A DNA stretch of 43,804 bases, from the sequence record NC_027980.1; one strand, given 5' to 3'. The translations under genes were made by a program, and so were the position numbers. This document shows positions 8,414 through 17,546 of this stretch, one piece after another (position 1 is the stretch's first letter; each line of letters opens with the position of its first letter). The DNA comes from Enterobacter phage phiKDA1. The notes below the pieces were generated by a model. It was not told the DNA's origin. It saw only the letters and a list, made by a program, of their open reading frames with translations, and made no database searches.

Positions 8414-8551
8414 ATGACAAGGTACGTTGTCTGCTATCGCTGCGCGTATGTATATGATTGGGTGACCGCACCTAAAACGCCTACGAAACGACTAAAGAAA
8501 CCTGAACCTGCCTGCCCACGATGTGGGTGCAAAGTTGTATACGGAGGTTAA
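8414..8551 (+). CDS. Small zinc-ribbon-like protein, 45 aa (CYRC ... CPRCGC)
   Basis: Manual translation. ATGA overlap with the preceding small ORF. Weak SD. Confidence 0.3.
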   Translation: MTRYVVCYRCAYVYDWVTAPKTPTKRLKKPEPACPRCGCKVVYGG

Positions 8552-8554
8552 CCA

Positions 8555-8992
8555 GTGACAACAAGCATAATGCACATCGACTGTATTGACCACGGTCGGG
8601 TGAAAGGCGTTAGGCCAGAGGGTTACTACAATGCGTGGGACCCAAAGACTAAGAGTATGCAAATGCTACATCGCTTAGTGTACTGTAAGGCTAACGGCGT
8701 TGAGCTGACTGCCTTAAAAGGCTTTGTCATTCGACACACGTGTGACAACCCCAGATGTATAAACCCGAAACACCTTCTGATAGGAACACAAGCTGACAAT
8801 ATCCGGGATATGGATACAAGAGGACGGCGCAGGAATGTAGAGAAGCGCCCTTGGCAGCAGAAGCTAACAGAGGCCCAAATCAAATGGGTGCGGGAGTTTT
8901 ATAAACCAAGGCACCCTGAATTTGGACAGGCTGCGATGTCGAGAAAGCTCGGCGTCAGCCAGTCTTTACTATCATCGTATATCCGAGGTTGA
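8555..8992 (+). CDS. HNH homing endonuclease, copy 1, with C-terminal HTH
   Basis: His-Me finger motif HRLVY...IRHTCDNPRCINPKHLLIGTQADNIRD. GGAGG SD 9 nt before GTG. Lies directly upstream of the DNA polymerase. Confidence 0.8.
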   Translation: MTTSIMHIDCIDHGRVKGVRPEGYYNAWDPKTKSMQMLHRLVYCKANGVELTALKGFVIRHTCDNPRCINPKHLLIGTQADNIRDMDTRGRRRNVEKRPWQQKLTEAQIKWVREFYKPRHPEFGQAAMSRKLGVSQSLLSSYIRG

Positions 8993-8993
8993 T

Positions 8994-11378
8994 ATGGAAA
9001 CGCGCCCTTGTATTATGCATATAGATTTAGAAACTCAAAATAACCCATACTACGGAGGGGTGGCATCCCCTTATTGCCCGGACAACTATGTTGTAGAATC
9101 AGCGTGGCGCTATGACTACACGAACCCAGACGGTTCTGTGGATATCTCCAGTGTTCAAAGTGTTCGTTACAACAGTCGAGAGGAGTTCTTAAATTCCGAT
9201 GGTGCGTGGTTTAATATCCCCCCTTCATGTTGGCTTATTGTTGCGCACAACGCAGCCTATGAGATTTCTTGGTTTCTCATGTTCCAACGTCAACAGTTCG
9301 AAGCCTTTCTCAAGCGTGGCGGACGCGTCTTTTGTACGATGCATGGGCACTACATTGCCTCGGACTTCCAGGACCTGTATCCCTCACTGGATGAGACGGC
9401 TCCTAAGTATGGCGGTACGCACAAAGTGGACGGCGTGAAGCTGCTGTGGGAGCAAGGGGTGCTGACCTCGGACATCGACCCGTACTTGCTGCATGACTAC
9501 CTCGTGAACGGGGATATCCCGAACACAGCCCTGTGCTTCTACGGGGAGTGCAGTATCTTCGCAGATCGCGGGCAGATGCAAATGGTCTGGGAGCGTATGG
9601 ACGCTATGCTGGCCTGGGCGTACTGCGAATTTTATGGCTTGTTCGTTAACATGCCCGTAGCGCAGCAGAACCAAGCCGAGCAGGAGCAGCGTATTCAGGA
9701 GCTGCGTCAGCAGTTGCAGCAGTATTTGCCTAAGGACTTGCCGGAAGAGTTTGAGTTCAACTACGGCAGCAACTATCATATGTCTGCGCTGGTCTATGGC
9801 GGTCCTATCCGCTACGACATGAAGGTTCCGTATGACCCTCCACAGTACGAGAAGGTAGACGCTTATGAGTACAACGGGAAGTACGTGGATAAACAGGATT
9901 GGGACCTACTTGGTAATGACTTCGAGGGTGTGACTAAGTACGCCTCAGGTAAGAACAAGGGTATGCCCAAGGTATTCCGAGTAGATTCTGACAAGGAGAA
10001 GTTGAAGTGGGGCAAAGGTATCTACAACTTCCCCGGTATCGTGAACATTCAGGAGCTGCCTCAACATTTACAGGAGAAGTATGGAGAGCGCGGAGAGTTC
10101 AGAGGTGCTCAGACGCTGCCCGATGGTTCCCCGGTGTACAGTACCAGCGGTGACGCAATGAACGGCCTGGCTGCGCAGGGATTCGAGTTCGCTAAATTAG
10201 TGAACGAGCTGGCTGCGCTGGAGAAAGATACAGGCACCTACTACCTTAGAACGGAGTACAACAAAGATGGCTCAGTTAAGAAAGTGTCCGGGATGCTCCA
10301 GTATGTCATCCCAACCAGTGAAGATGGCTCGGGCATTATACATCACAGGCTTAACACATGCTCTACGGTCACTGGAAGACTCAGCGCTAGTAACCCAAAT
10401 CTCCAGAACCTTCCAAGGGACGGGACTAGTCGAGTTAAACAGATGTTTACGAGCCGCTTCGGTGCTGCGGGACGTATCACGGAAGTAGATTACTCGGCTC
10501 TGGAAGTTGTTATGTCCTGTGTGCACACTGGGGACTTGAAGCTGCTGGAGCTGCTCCAGAAAGACACGGACATGCACTGCTACCGCTTAGCGTTTAAGGA
10601 AGGTAAGAGCTACGAGGAGATGTATCAGCTCTGCCACGACGCAAGCGGCCCGGACTACAAGTACTGGAAGCAGCAGCGTACAGACATCAAACCCCCTAGC
10701 TTCGCAGCGCAGTACGGCGCTACGGCTAAGGGGATTGCATTTGCCACAGGCTGTACTGTAGAGTACGCACAGAGCTTCCTGGATAACGAGGCGAAGCTGT
10801 TCCCTACAACTATTGGCTTCCGTGATGTAGTACGCGCTGAGGTTGAGCGTACTGGGATGCTGGAGCCTGTGCTGCGTGAGCAGAGTGACGATGGGCAGTG
10901 GCGTTTATATCGCCGAGGGTACTGGACCAGCCCAGCAGGTACGCGCTTATCGTTCAGGCAGAAACTTCAGTGGCAGGTTCCAGAGGGCGGTGGGAGGAAA
11001 GTGCAGGTGATGGATTACAAAGGCACAGAACTAGCTAACTACTGGTGCCAATCAGAAGCATTCTTCCTCATGGCGGTTGCTGCTGGGCAAGTGCTGCGTA
11101 GATTGCTGGCTAAAGATTGGTTCGGGGGCAAGGTCTGCTTAGTAACTAACGTACACGATGCGCTGTACCTGGATAGTGCAGACGAGGAGACAGCGGTACT
11201 AGCAGGTAACTTAGTGAAGGATGCTATGGAAGAAGCCCCACGCCGTATAGCAGCGCTCTGGCCTAACTATGGCATCATTAGTCAAGTGCCTTTCCCGGCA
11301 GCAGCAGAGCACGGTAAGAGCATGTACGATAAGCAACATACACCAACAGTGGAGGAGTATTATGCAGCAGCAAATTAA
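8994..11378 (+). CDS. Family A DNA polymerase (T7 gp5-like)
   Basis: Pol A motifs DYSALEV (motif A), RTDIKPPSFAAQYG (motif B) and VHDALYLD (motif C). Start set at ATG 8994 with a GAGGT SD. The track ORF begins earlier in the same frame, inside the HNH gene. Confidence 0.9.
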   Translation: METRPCIMHIDLETQNNPYYGGVASPYCPDNYVVESAWRYDYTNPDGSVDISSVQSVRYNSREEFLNSDGAWFNIPPSCWLIVAHNAAYEISWFLMFQRQQFEAFLKRGGRVFCTMHGHYIASDFQDLYPSLDETAPKYGGTHKVDGVKLLWEQGVLTSDIDPYLLHDYLVNGDIPNTALCFYGECSIFADRGQMQMVWERMDAMLAWAYCEFYGLFVNMPVAQQNQAEQEQRIQELRQQLQQYLPKDLPEEFEFNYGSNYHMSALVYGGPIRYDMKVPYDPPQYEKVDAYEYNGKYVDKQDWDLLGNDFEGVTKYASGKNKGMPKVFRVDSDKEKLKWGKGIYNFPGIVNIQELPQHLQEKYGERGEFRGAQTLPDGSPVYSTSGDAMNGLAAQGFEFAKLVNELAALEKDTGTYYLRTEYNKDGSVKKVSGMLQYVIPTSEDGSGIIHHRLNTCSTVTGRLSASNPNLQNLPRDGTSRVKQMFTSRFGAAGRITEVDYSALEVVMSCVHTGDLKLLELLQKDTDMHCYRLAFKEGKSYEEMYQLCHDASGPDYKYWKQQRTDIKPPSFAAQYGATAKGIAFATGCTVEYAQSFLDNEAKLFPTTIGFRDVVRAEVERTGMLEPVLREQSDDGQWRLYRRGYWTSPAGTRLSFRQKLQWQVPEGGGRKVQVMDYKGTELANYWCQSEAFFLMAVAAGQVLRRLLAKDWFGGKVCLVTNVHDALYLDSADEETAVLAGNLVKDAMEEAPRRIAALWPNYGIISQVPFPAAAEHGKSMYDKQHTPTVEEYYAAAN

Positions 11379-11601
11379 AGTGGGCAGCATTATTGAGATT
11401 CTGAATCATGATTCCTTGGTAGGTGCTGGTTATACTAAGCACGAGGTAAGGTACTATATGGACCATTATCCCGTAGGCTCGCAGCACGAGGTCTTGGAGT
11501 ACCACCAAGAAACCGGGGAGGTAGAGGTTCGCTACAGCCCTTACGCCTTGCGTAGTGAGTGGCACACCTTCTTCCCCGGCGAGTACAAGCTCGTAGAATA
11601 A
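11362..11601 (+). CDS. Hypothetical protein, 79 aa
   Basis: GGAGGAG SD. The ATG overlaps the 3' end of the DNA polymerase gene. Confidence 0.55.
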   Translation: MQQQIKVGSIIEILNHDSLVGAGYTKHEVRYYMDHYPVGSQHEVLEYHQETGEVEVRYSPYALRSEWHTFFPGEYKLVE

Positions 11602-11604
11602 TAC

Positions 11605-12654
11605 TTGACATTGCAGCAGAACTATGAAACTGCTGCAATAGAAGTATCACGAATAGGACAACACAGGAGAATCCCCTTGAGCAAAGTATCTCTAATTAAG
11701 CTATTCCCTAAAGAAGTACACTTAGATATCCTTAGTAAGTACAAAGATAATACTGAGGCTGCTAACGTATACACAGAGTACACCGATGGGTTTAACCCTG
11801 TGTCCCGCCAGTTAGTACGGTACTGGCGCAGCATCTTCATTGACAACGGCGGTAGCAAGAGCAAGGCTAACAACGCCCTGATGCAAGCCCGTAAAGTAAT
11901 CCAACCGTCCCCTACGGACGACCTGGGCAGTACTTACGTACCGGAAGTGTGCCAGCGCATCCTTGTGGTGGGGGACCTGCACGAGCCTTACGTGCACCCA
12001 GACGCTTACGACTTCCTGAAGTCTGTGCGGGATGAGTACTGCCCCGATATTGTTGTACAGATTGGTGACGAGACTGACGGGCACGCTATCAGCTTCCACG
12101 ACAGTAGCCCGGAGCTGGATAGTGCAGGCGTAGAGCTTGAGAAAGCTAAGGTTGGTTTAGAGAAGCTGCACAGCATCTTCCCGAATATGCTACTGTGCGA
12201 CTCTAACCATGGCTCTCTTATCTACCGCAGAGCTAAAGCACACGGGCTACCTGTTCAGTTCATCAAGAAGTACCGAGACATCCTATTCCCAGAGCATGGT
12301 GCCCCTGGTTGGAGCTGGGGCGATGCCTGGGACTTGGAAACAGCACTTGGTACTGTGCGCTTCCAACACCAAGTAGCCGGGGACCTGTTGCTTAACGCTG
12401 CGCATGAGCGCAAGTCTATGGTCATAGGGCACTTTCACGGTAAGTTAGATATTCAGTACGCAGCTAGCAGCGCAGCCCTGTACTTTGGAGCACACTGTGG
12501 TTGCTTGATTGACAACAAAAGCCTGGCGTTTGCTTATGGTAAGTTGTCTCGTAGCAAGCCGATTCTGGGATGCATGGTAATTACTGAGGGCTGCCCACAA
12601 ATCGTACCCATGCTCCTCGATGAAGATGGACGTTGGGTATCACGTAAGAAGTAA
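11605..12654 (+). CDS. Calcineurin-like metallophosphoesterase
   Basis: Motifs VVGDLHEPY and QIGDETDGH (the GDxH...GDxxD signature). There is no in-frame ATG near the 5' end. The likely start is TTG 11677, with an AGGAGA SD 6 nt upstream. The track uses TTG 11605. Confidence 0.75.
   Translation: MTLQQNYETAAIEVSRIGQHRRIPLSKVSLIKLFPKEVHLDILSKYKDNTEAANVYTEYTDGFNPVSRQLVRYWRSIFIDNGGSKSKANNALMQARKVIQPSPTDDLGSTYVPEVCQRILVVGDLHEPYVHPDAYDFLKSVRDEYCPDIVVQIGDETDGHAISFHDSSPELDSAGVELEKAKVGLEKLHSIFPNMLLCDSNHGSLIYRRAKAHGLPVQFIKKYRDILFPEHGAPGWSWGDAWDLETALGTVRFQHQVAGDLLLNAAHERKSMVIGHFHGKLDIQYAASSAALYFGAHCGCLIDNKSLAFAYGKLSRSKPILGCMVITEGCPQIVPMLLDEDGRWVSRKK
11610..11639 (+). other. Perfect 10-bp stem hairpin (ATTGCAGCAG / CTGCTGCAAT) in the leader of the phosphoesterase gene
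   Basis: Inverted repeat with a 10-nt loop. A TTGACA hexamer lies at 11605-11610. No T-run follows. Confidence 0.5.
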
Positions 12655-12678
12655 CCCATTAAAATACCGGAGATTAAT

Positions 12679-12834
12679 ATGACTAACGAAACACACAGCT
12701 TCGAAGAATGGTTTGATTTCTACCGCGATTACTCACGCTCCCAGGGGGTTATGGCGAACTTCCCAGAAGAGTGGTTAGAGGATTATGAGGCTGGTAAGAC
12801 CCCAGCGGAAGCCTACCGAGACGCTTGGGAATAG
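12679..12834 (+). CDS. Small acidic hypothetical protein, 51 aa
   Basis: GGAG SD. Manual translation gives MTNETHSFEEWFDFYRDY... Confidence 0.45.
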   Translation: MTNETHSFEEWFDFYRDYSRSQGVMANFPEEWLEDYEAGKTPAEAYRDAWE

Positions 12835-12896
12835 CGCAGGTTCCCCCTGCATCTGCACGTAAATAATACATTAATCACACGAGAGAGCTAATCTAT

Positions 12897-13772
12897 ATGA
12901 CTATTCTGAACAACATTGCTGCACTGGTAAACGAAGCCGTAGAAACTCAGGGCGTAGACCACAGCATTACGCAGCAGGGCGGCGGTAACTTCGAGGATGT
13001 ACTCCTTCCACGCGGCACTTACTATGGGCGTATGGTTGAGTACATCGAGCTGGGTAAGAAGATTCCAATGAACGCAGGTAAGCCTACTGGTAAGCCAGCA
13101 GTGCTGAACGTCCGTACAGGCTTTATCATCTACACCCCGGACGGTGGTATCAAGCGCATTAACCCGTTCCCTATGGCGGTGTCCAGCTTCGAGAAAGCTA
13201 AGTTCAAGCAACTGTTCGACAAGATGAACGTAGACGGTACACTGAAGCACTTAGCGCAGGCGCTGGGTAAACCTATGGCGTTTGATATTGAGCAGTACAC
13301 CACCAAGGCAGGCAAGACCTTGAACGTTATTAACTTCGCAGGTACACGCCCGCTGCCTAAGTTCGACCCGAACACGGGTGCGCCTATCGTACTGCCTGAG
13401 CTGGATGAGCAGTTCCTGCGCCTGTTCCTGTGGAACAACCCAACCAAAGAAACCTGGGAGAGCCTGTACATTGAGAAGAACAACTTCATCCAAGAGGACA
13501 TCCTCGCTGCTGTGGACTTCGAAGGCTCCGCGCTTCAGCAATTACTTATGGGCGGTGTTCCATCGCCAGAAGCTCTTGCACCTGCTGCACCGAGTGCACA
13601 AGCGCCTGCGGGACAGTCGGGTGCAGGCGCTGTTGATACTGCCGCAGCACCAGTGGGAGTACAAACACCGCAGGCTCCTGCGGCTCCAGTGGCTCCTGCT
13701 GCGCCTATTGCGCCAGCAGCCCCTGTAGCTCCGCAAGCTCCGGTAGCGCCTATCGCTCCTCCGGTAGCTTGA
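12897..13772 (+). CDS. Hypothetical protein with a Pro/Ala-rich C-terminal repeat tail of about 70 aa
   Basis: 291-aa ORF with strongly biased codons typical of highly expressed genes. Its C-terminus is low-complexity PA-rich sequence. Confidence 0.75.
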   Translation: MTILNNIAALVNEAVETQGVDHSITQQGGGNFEDVLLPRGTYYGRMVEYIELGKKIPMNAGKPTGKPAVLNVRTGFIIYTPDGGIKRINPFPMAVSSFEKAKFKQLFDKMNVDGTLKHLAQALGKPMAFDIEQYTTKAGKTLNVINFAGTRPLPKFDPNTGAPIVLPELDEQFLRLFLWNNPTKETWESLYIEKNNFIQEDILAAVDFEGSALQQLLMGGVPSPEALAPAAPSAQAPAGQSGAGAVDTAAAPVGVQTPQAPAAPVAPAAPIAPAAPVAPQAPVAPIAPPVA

Positions 13773-13838
13773 ACGCCAGCACAGCTAGACTTTGAAACCT
13801 ACCCGATGCAATAGGCCCCTAGTGGGCCTCTAAGGATT

Positions 13839-14228
13839 ATGATGACCGACACTATGATTCAAGAAGCTACCCCAGCTATTCAGTTCCAGAACCTATCCTA
13901 CGAAGTAAGCCGCTTCATCGGGGACCTCTATACCGACATGGAGCCAATGGTTGACGGTATTAAGTCAGACTTAGCGCAGCTAGCTAAGCTGTACGGCGCG
14001 GACCTGGCTCTGGTTGAGGAGCAGATGCAACAGCACAACGATATCCCAGCTAAGGCTGAGAAGCTGCTGGAGGACCCGCTGGTGTACCTGCGCATCGTAG
14101 GCAGTCTCTCAGCGCACCTCGGTAACATCGCTGCGGTGCTGTACGACCCTGAGCAGGGTCTGGTTGCCGTAGAGGTGATGGGGGAGCTGCTGGGGACTGT
14201 GCTGGTTCTGGAAGCTGCGGGGTATTAA
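13839..14228 (+). CDS. Acidic hypothetical protein, 129 aa
   Basis: ORF with a TAAGGA SD. A 6-bp stem hairpin (13813-13829) lies just upstream. Confidence 0.65.
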   Translation: MMTDTMIQEATPAIQFQNLSYEVSRFIGDLYTDMEPMVDGIKSDLAQLAKLYGADLALVEEQMQQHNDIPAKAEKLLEDPLVYLRIVGSLSAHLGNIAAVLYDPEQGLVAVEVMGELLGTVLVLEAAGY

Positions 14229-14722
14229 TGGACAGATTACAAGCCCTGCCCCTGCGGGAATACTTAGCAGTATCTGAAAGCAGTCCAACAGGGCTTGTAT
14301 GGTTACAATCCCCAAGTCCTAAAATTAGAGTGGGGCAACCTGCTCTGACTGCTATTTGCCGAGGTTATTATGTTGGTCAGTTTATGGGTGTAAATCTAAA
14401 AGCCCACCGCGTGATTTACTTCCTAGCAACAGGTACCGCCCCTAAATGTATTGACCACATCAACGGCATCCGCACAGACAACAGGTGGGACAACCTTCGA
14501 GTAGCCACTGTTCAGCAGAACAACTTCAACTCTAAAGTGCAGTCAAACAATAGCACCGGGGTTAAAGGGGTTAGTCGAGAAGGTTCGCGCTGGTTGGCGC
14601 GTATATGTATAAACGGGGTACGTAGGCGTATAGGTACGTACGCTACAATAGAGCTGGCAGAGCAAGCTTACTTAGAGGAGGCTCGGAAACATCATGGTGA
14701 ATTCTACTGTTCGCGGGGTTGA
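14228..14722 (+). CDS. HNH-AP2 homing endonuclease, copy 2
   Basis: Motifs AHRVIY...IDHINGIRTDNRWDNLR, plus an AP2-like GVKGVS...WLARI domain. Overlaps the flanking genes at both ends. Confidence 0.8.
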   Translation: MDRLQALPLREYLAVSESSPTGLVWLQSPSPKIRVGQPALTAICRGYYVGQFMGVNLKAHRVIYFLATGTAPKCIDHINGIRTDNRWDNLRVATVQQNNFNSKVQSNNSTGVKGVSREGSRWLARICINGVRRRIGTYATIELAEQAYLEEARKHHGEFYCSRG

Positions 14723-15659
14723 CTTGAGCGCTCTGCCGGAGCAGCTTGTAACGCCGCCGCCCTCAGACAAGATACTTTTACTGGATGCCGACTTTTTAAT
14801 TTATAAAGCAGCGGCCACGGTGAAACGTTTGGATACCGCTATTCGCAGGTTCTACCAGTTGGTATTAGAAGAAATGTTCTACTCCAATACAAAGACTTGC
14901 TTAGCGTACGTAACACCCACCGGTTGTGCTAAGTGCGGTAGATATCTCTTACCGACTGTACGACCTTACCAGGCGCAGCGTACTGCGCGCCCGGAGTTAC
15001 CTCTCAAGCAACCGCTGAAGCAGCACTTGCTGAGCAACCCTAACGAATACAGTCAGCACGGTATAGAGGTGCTGGGGAGCTACGAGTATGAAGCGGATGA
15101 CCTTATCGTTATGGATTCCTACCGATTCAAAGAGCGCTGCATCATCAGCAGCGGAGACAAAGACCTCAGACTCTCACCTTACGCTAGACTCGAAATGCCC
15201 GCAGGAACTATCCTTCCAGCAGTTCCTGATAGCTTTGGGTATATCGCCTGGGATGAGTCGCACAGCTTCCCTATTGTTGGACAGGGCACGAAATTCTTCT
15301 TTGCCCAGATGCTGGCTGGAGACAACGCGGACAACATCAAAGGCCTTAGCAGGCTCGATGAGAAGCTCTGTGGGGCTACGAAAGCCTTCGAGGTAATCAA
15401 CCCTATTGCTACAGCAGAGGAAGCCGCAGAGCGCGTTCTAGGAGCTTACGCAGCCATAGGGCAGGATGTACTGGCAGAGGCAGAAGCACTCTGGCTGAGA
15501 AGGCATGAACAGGATTCAGCGTATGAGTACCTGATGTCTTTGGTAACTACTCCAGAATACAGGAGCTGGTTAACCCAGCTCAGGGACTATCACAAGCAGT
15601 ATCGAACCTATATTCTGGAGCAAGGTAATGAAGAAACAACTGAAGCAGATGCGCCTTAG
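14694..15659 (+). CDS. 5'-3' exonuclease (T7 gp6-like, FEN/PIN fold)
   Basis: N-terminal ILLLDADFLIYKA (PIN-like acidic motif), later EYEADD and SGDKD motifs. 321 aa. Position matches T7 gp6. Confidence 0.8.
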   Translation: MVNSTVRGVDLSALPEQLVTPPPSDKILLLDADFLIYKAAATVKRLDTAIRRFYQLVLEEMFYSNTKTCLAYVTPTGCAKCGRYLLPTVRPYQAQRTARPELPLKQPLKQHLLSNPNEYSQHGIEVLGSYEYEADDLIVMDSYRFKERCIISSGDKDLRLSPYARLEMPAGTILPAVPDSFGYIAWDESHSFPIVGQGTKFFFAQMLAGDNADNIKGLSRLDEKLCGATKAFEVINPIATAEEAAERVLGAYAAIGQDVLAEAEALWLRRHEQDSAYEYLMSLVTTPEYRSWLTQLRDYHKQYRTYILEQGNEETTEADAP

Positions 15660-15822
15660 AGCCTGGGAGTTATTCTATGCAGACGAATTCATTAAGCTGG
15701 AACTACTTATGCTTGATATGGCAGAGCAGTACCCAGAGCAGCATCGAGAGCTTACTAAAGCTATGGCTGCTGCGATTCACGAGCAGCATGACCTGGATTG
15801 CTTAGCGGAGATTGGGTTATGA
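15628..15822 (+). CDS. Hypothetical protein, 64 aa
   Basis: ORF overlapping the end of the exonuclease gene. Weak SD. Confidence 0.4.
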   Translation: MKKQLKQMRLRAWELFYADEFIKLELLMLDMAEQYPEQHRELTKAMAAAIHEQHDLDCLAEIGL

Positions 15823-16223
15823 GTACCTTCACCAAAGAACAGTTGATTGAAGAAGTTAACTACAACCTGGAGCATTGCTTCTGCTCGGAGAAAACAAAGC
15901 GGCTTATGGAAATCGCGCTGGTATCGCTCAAAGCGGAGGGGTTAGGGCAAAAGCCCGTTGGTTTATTCGCGAAACGTAACGGGACTTGGCTTGAATTATG
16001 CCAAGGTGACACATTCGAACACCCCGATGGTGTACCGCTCTACACCGCCCCGCTAGCTCCGGTATCTGATTCGCTTCTGTCTGAGCTTTTAGCGATAGCG
16101 AAGAAGGCGGCTGATGCAGCAGACGAATGCGCACATGCGGAGTGGAGCGATGACTCCATGGAGCATTCAACTGCTATAGCTGATTGGGAGCGCCGCGCCG
16201 CCATGCTTCAGGAGGCTAAATGA
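15819..16223 (+). CDS. Hypothetical protein, 134 aa
   Basis: ATGA coupling at both ends. GGAG SD 8 nt upstream. Confidence 0.6.
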   Translation: MSTFTKEQLIEEVNYNLEHCFCSEKTKRLMEIALVSLKAEGLGQKPVGLFAKRNGTWLELCQGDTFEHPDGVPLYTAPLAPVSDSLLSELLAIAKKAADAADECAHAEWSDDSMEHSTAIADWERRAAMLQEAK

Positions 16224-16648
16224 CTCTACGCAGGATTACGCGCGCTCAAATCCGCAGCGTAGCTATGAAACTAGCGAAGGAGCAGGGCGGGGCGTGCCTG
16301 CTCTGCGGAGGCGCTCTGGACTTCTCAATCAAAGGGGTTAAAGGTGACTCTGTTGTGGTTGACCATTGCCATATTACTGGGCGTATTCGTGGAGCTTTGC
16401 ACCGCTCTTGTAATGGGGGCGAGGGTAAGGTGGCGTCTGCTGCTGGACGGTGGATTGTTGGGAGTATGCAGTCTAGCGCTGCTATCGCTGCTGCTCTACG
16501 CCGGGTGGCTGACTATCTAGACCGGGAACCAACGCAGCTGCTTTACTACACTTGGAAGACCGAGGAAGAAGCTAAGGCAGCACAGAACGCTAAGCGCCGC
16601 AGGGTGCGAGCACAACGTAAGGCTAGAGAGGTGATTAAGAATGGATAA
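16220..16648 (+). CDS. Endonuclease VII-like Holliday-junction resolvase
   Basis: VVDHCHITGRIRGALHRSCN zinc/HNH-like motif as in T4 endonuclease VII. 142 aa. Lies next to the exonuclease. Confidence 0.7.
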   Translation: MTLRRITRAQIRSVAMKLAKEQGGACLLCGGALDFSIKGVKGDSVVVDHCHITGRIRGALHRSCNGGEGKVASAAGRWIVGSMQSSAAIAAALRRVADYLDREPTQLLYYTWKTEEEAKAAQNAKRRRVRAQRKAREVIKNG

Positions 16649-16943
16649 CAGTGTATGTGCTACATGTTTAGGTACTGGGTGCGAATACTGCAACCCCATC
16701 GCTGGCCGCGCAAAAGCAGCAGCCCCAGACCCAGTGAACCAGCCCCAGCACTACACCTCTGGGGGGATTGAGTGCATCGACGCTATCCGGGCGAGCATGA
16801 CCAAAGAGGCCTTCTGCGGCTATCTCAAAGGCTGTGCACAGAAATACTTCTGGCGCTATGAGAAGAAGGTTAACCCTGTAGAGGATATCAAGAAGGCTCG
16901 CTGGTACTCTGAGCGCTTGATTAAGGAGCTTGAGGATGCCTAA
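16641..16943 (+). CDS. DUF3310-family protein
   Basis: Motif ECIDAIRASMTKEAF.GYLKG.AQKYFWRY..K...EDIKKARWYSERLIKE is typical of the DUF3310 proteins of T7-like phages. Confidence 0.6.
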   Translation: MDNSVCATCLGTGCEYCNPIAGRAKAAAPDPVNQPQHYTSGGIECIDAIRASMTKEAFCGYLKGCAQKYFWRYEKKVNPVEDIKKARWYSERLIKELEDA

Positions 16944-17103
16944 GATTGCCGCAGTGATTGAGCTGGATACGGATAATCTGGACGATGCAGAGGAGTTCAT
17001 GCAGAACCTTCTGCACGTCGGATACCTTGAGGGTGTCGTTACTAGGGACGTGGACTCCTACTTGATTGAGCACTCAGAGAGTGCCGGGGAGACTTTGCAT
17101 TAA
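16936..17103 (+). CDS. Small acidic hypothetical protein, 55 aa
   Basis: AAGGAG SD 7 nt upstream. Manual translation. Confidence 0.35.
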   Translation: MPKIAAVIELDTDNLDDAEEFMQNLLHVGYLEGVVTRDVDSYLIEHSESAGETLH

Positions 17104-17255
17104 GGACGAACAGGAACCCCTGGCACCTAGTGCATGGTGCCGAGAACGCTATGAAAAAGCGCTGGAGCGCGGTGACGCTGCATCTGCACAAGCTTATTTG
17201 AGTATGCACGAGCTTTGGGTAAGACGCGAACAAGAAACTAAGAAAGGGGAATAGC

Positions 17256-17534
17256 ATGACAGGTAAATGCGGAGCAGATTGTACTAACCGTTGCAGCATC
17301 GGGGCTTGCCCTAGAGATAGTGGCTTGATTGTTAAATCTGACCAGGCAAAGATGTTACACGGTGGGGAAGTGGCGGTGGGCACCATTCCCCCATTTAATT
17401 ATGAGTTCGATGGGTTCATCCTGGACTTTGATGAAGATGCCGTAGCGAAGCGTAATGCTGAGCGTGAGCAGGCCCAAACAGAGAGCGCCTGCAAGCTCAA
17501 CGATGACGGTACGTGCGACGGCTGCACTATTTAA
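17256..17534 (+). CDS. Cys-rich hypothetical protein, 92 aa
   Basis: AAAGGGG SD. Cysteines cluster at both termini. Confidence 0.6.
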   Translation: MTGKCGADCTNRCSIGACPRDSGLIVKSDQAKMLHGGEVAVGTIPPFNYEFDGFILDFDEDAVAKRNAEREQAQTESACKLNDDGTCDGCTI

Positions 17535-17546
17535 TCAGGAGGGTGT

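Noticed and set aside
8262-8417. 51-aa ORF at 8262-8417, and the 62-aa TTG-start ORF at 17066-17254, as real genes.
   Set aside because: No convincing start or SD. Each contains a copy of the recurrent CTGCATCTGCAC 12-mer, suggesting these stretches are regulatory non-coding DNA. Not reported as CDS.
11269-11601. Upstream start (11269) for the 110-aa track ORF, and upstream starts at 8922 for the DNA polymerase and 36665 for the tail fiber.
   Set aside because: These extensions run deep into the preceding well-supported genes and lack SDs. Internal starts with SDs (11362, 8994) or homology-guided starts were preferred.
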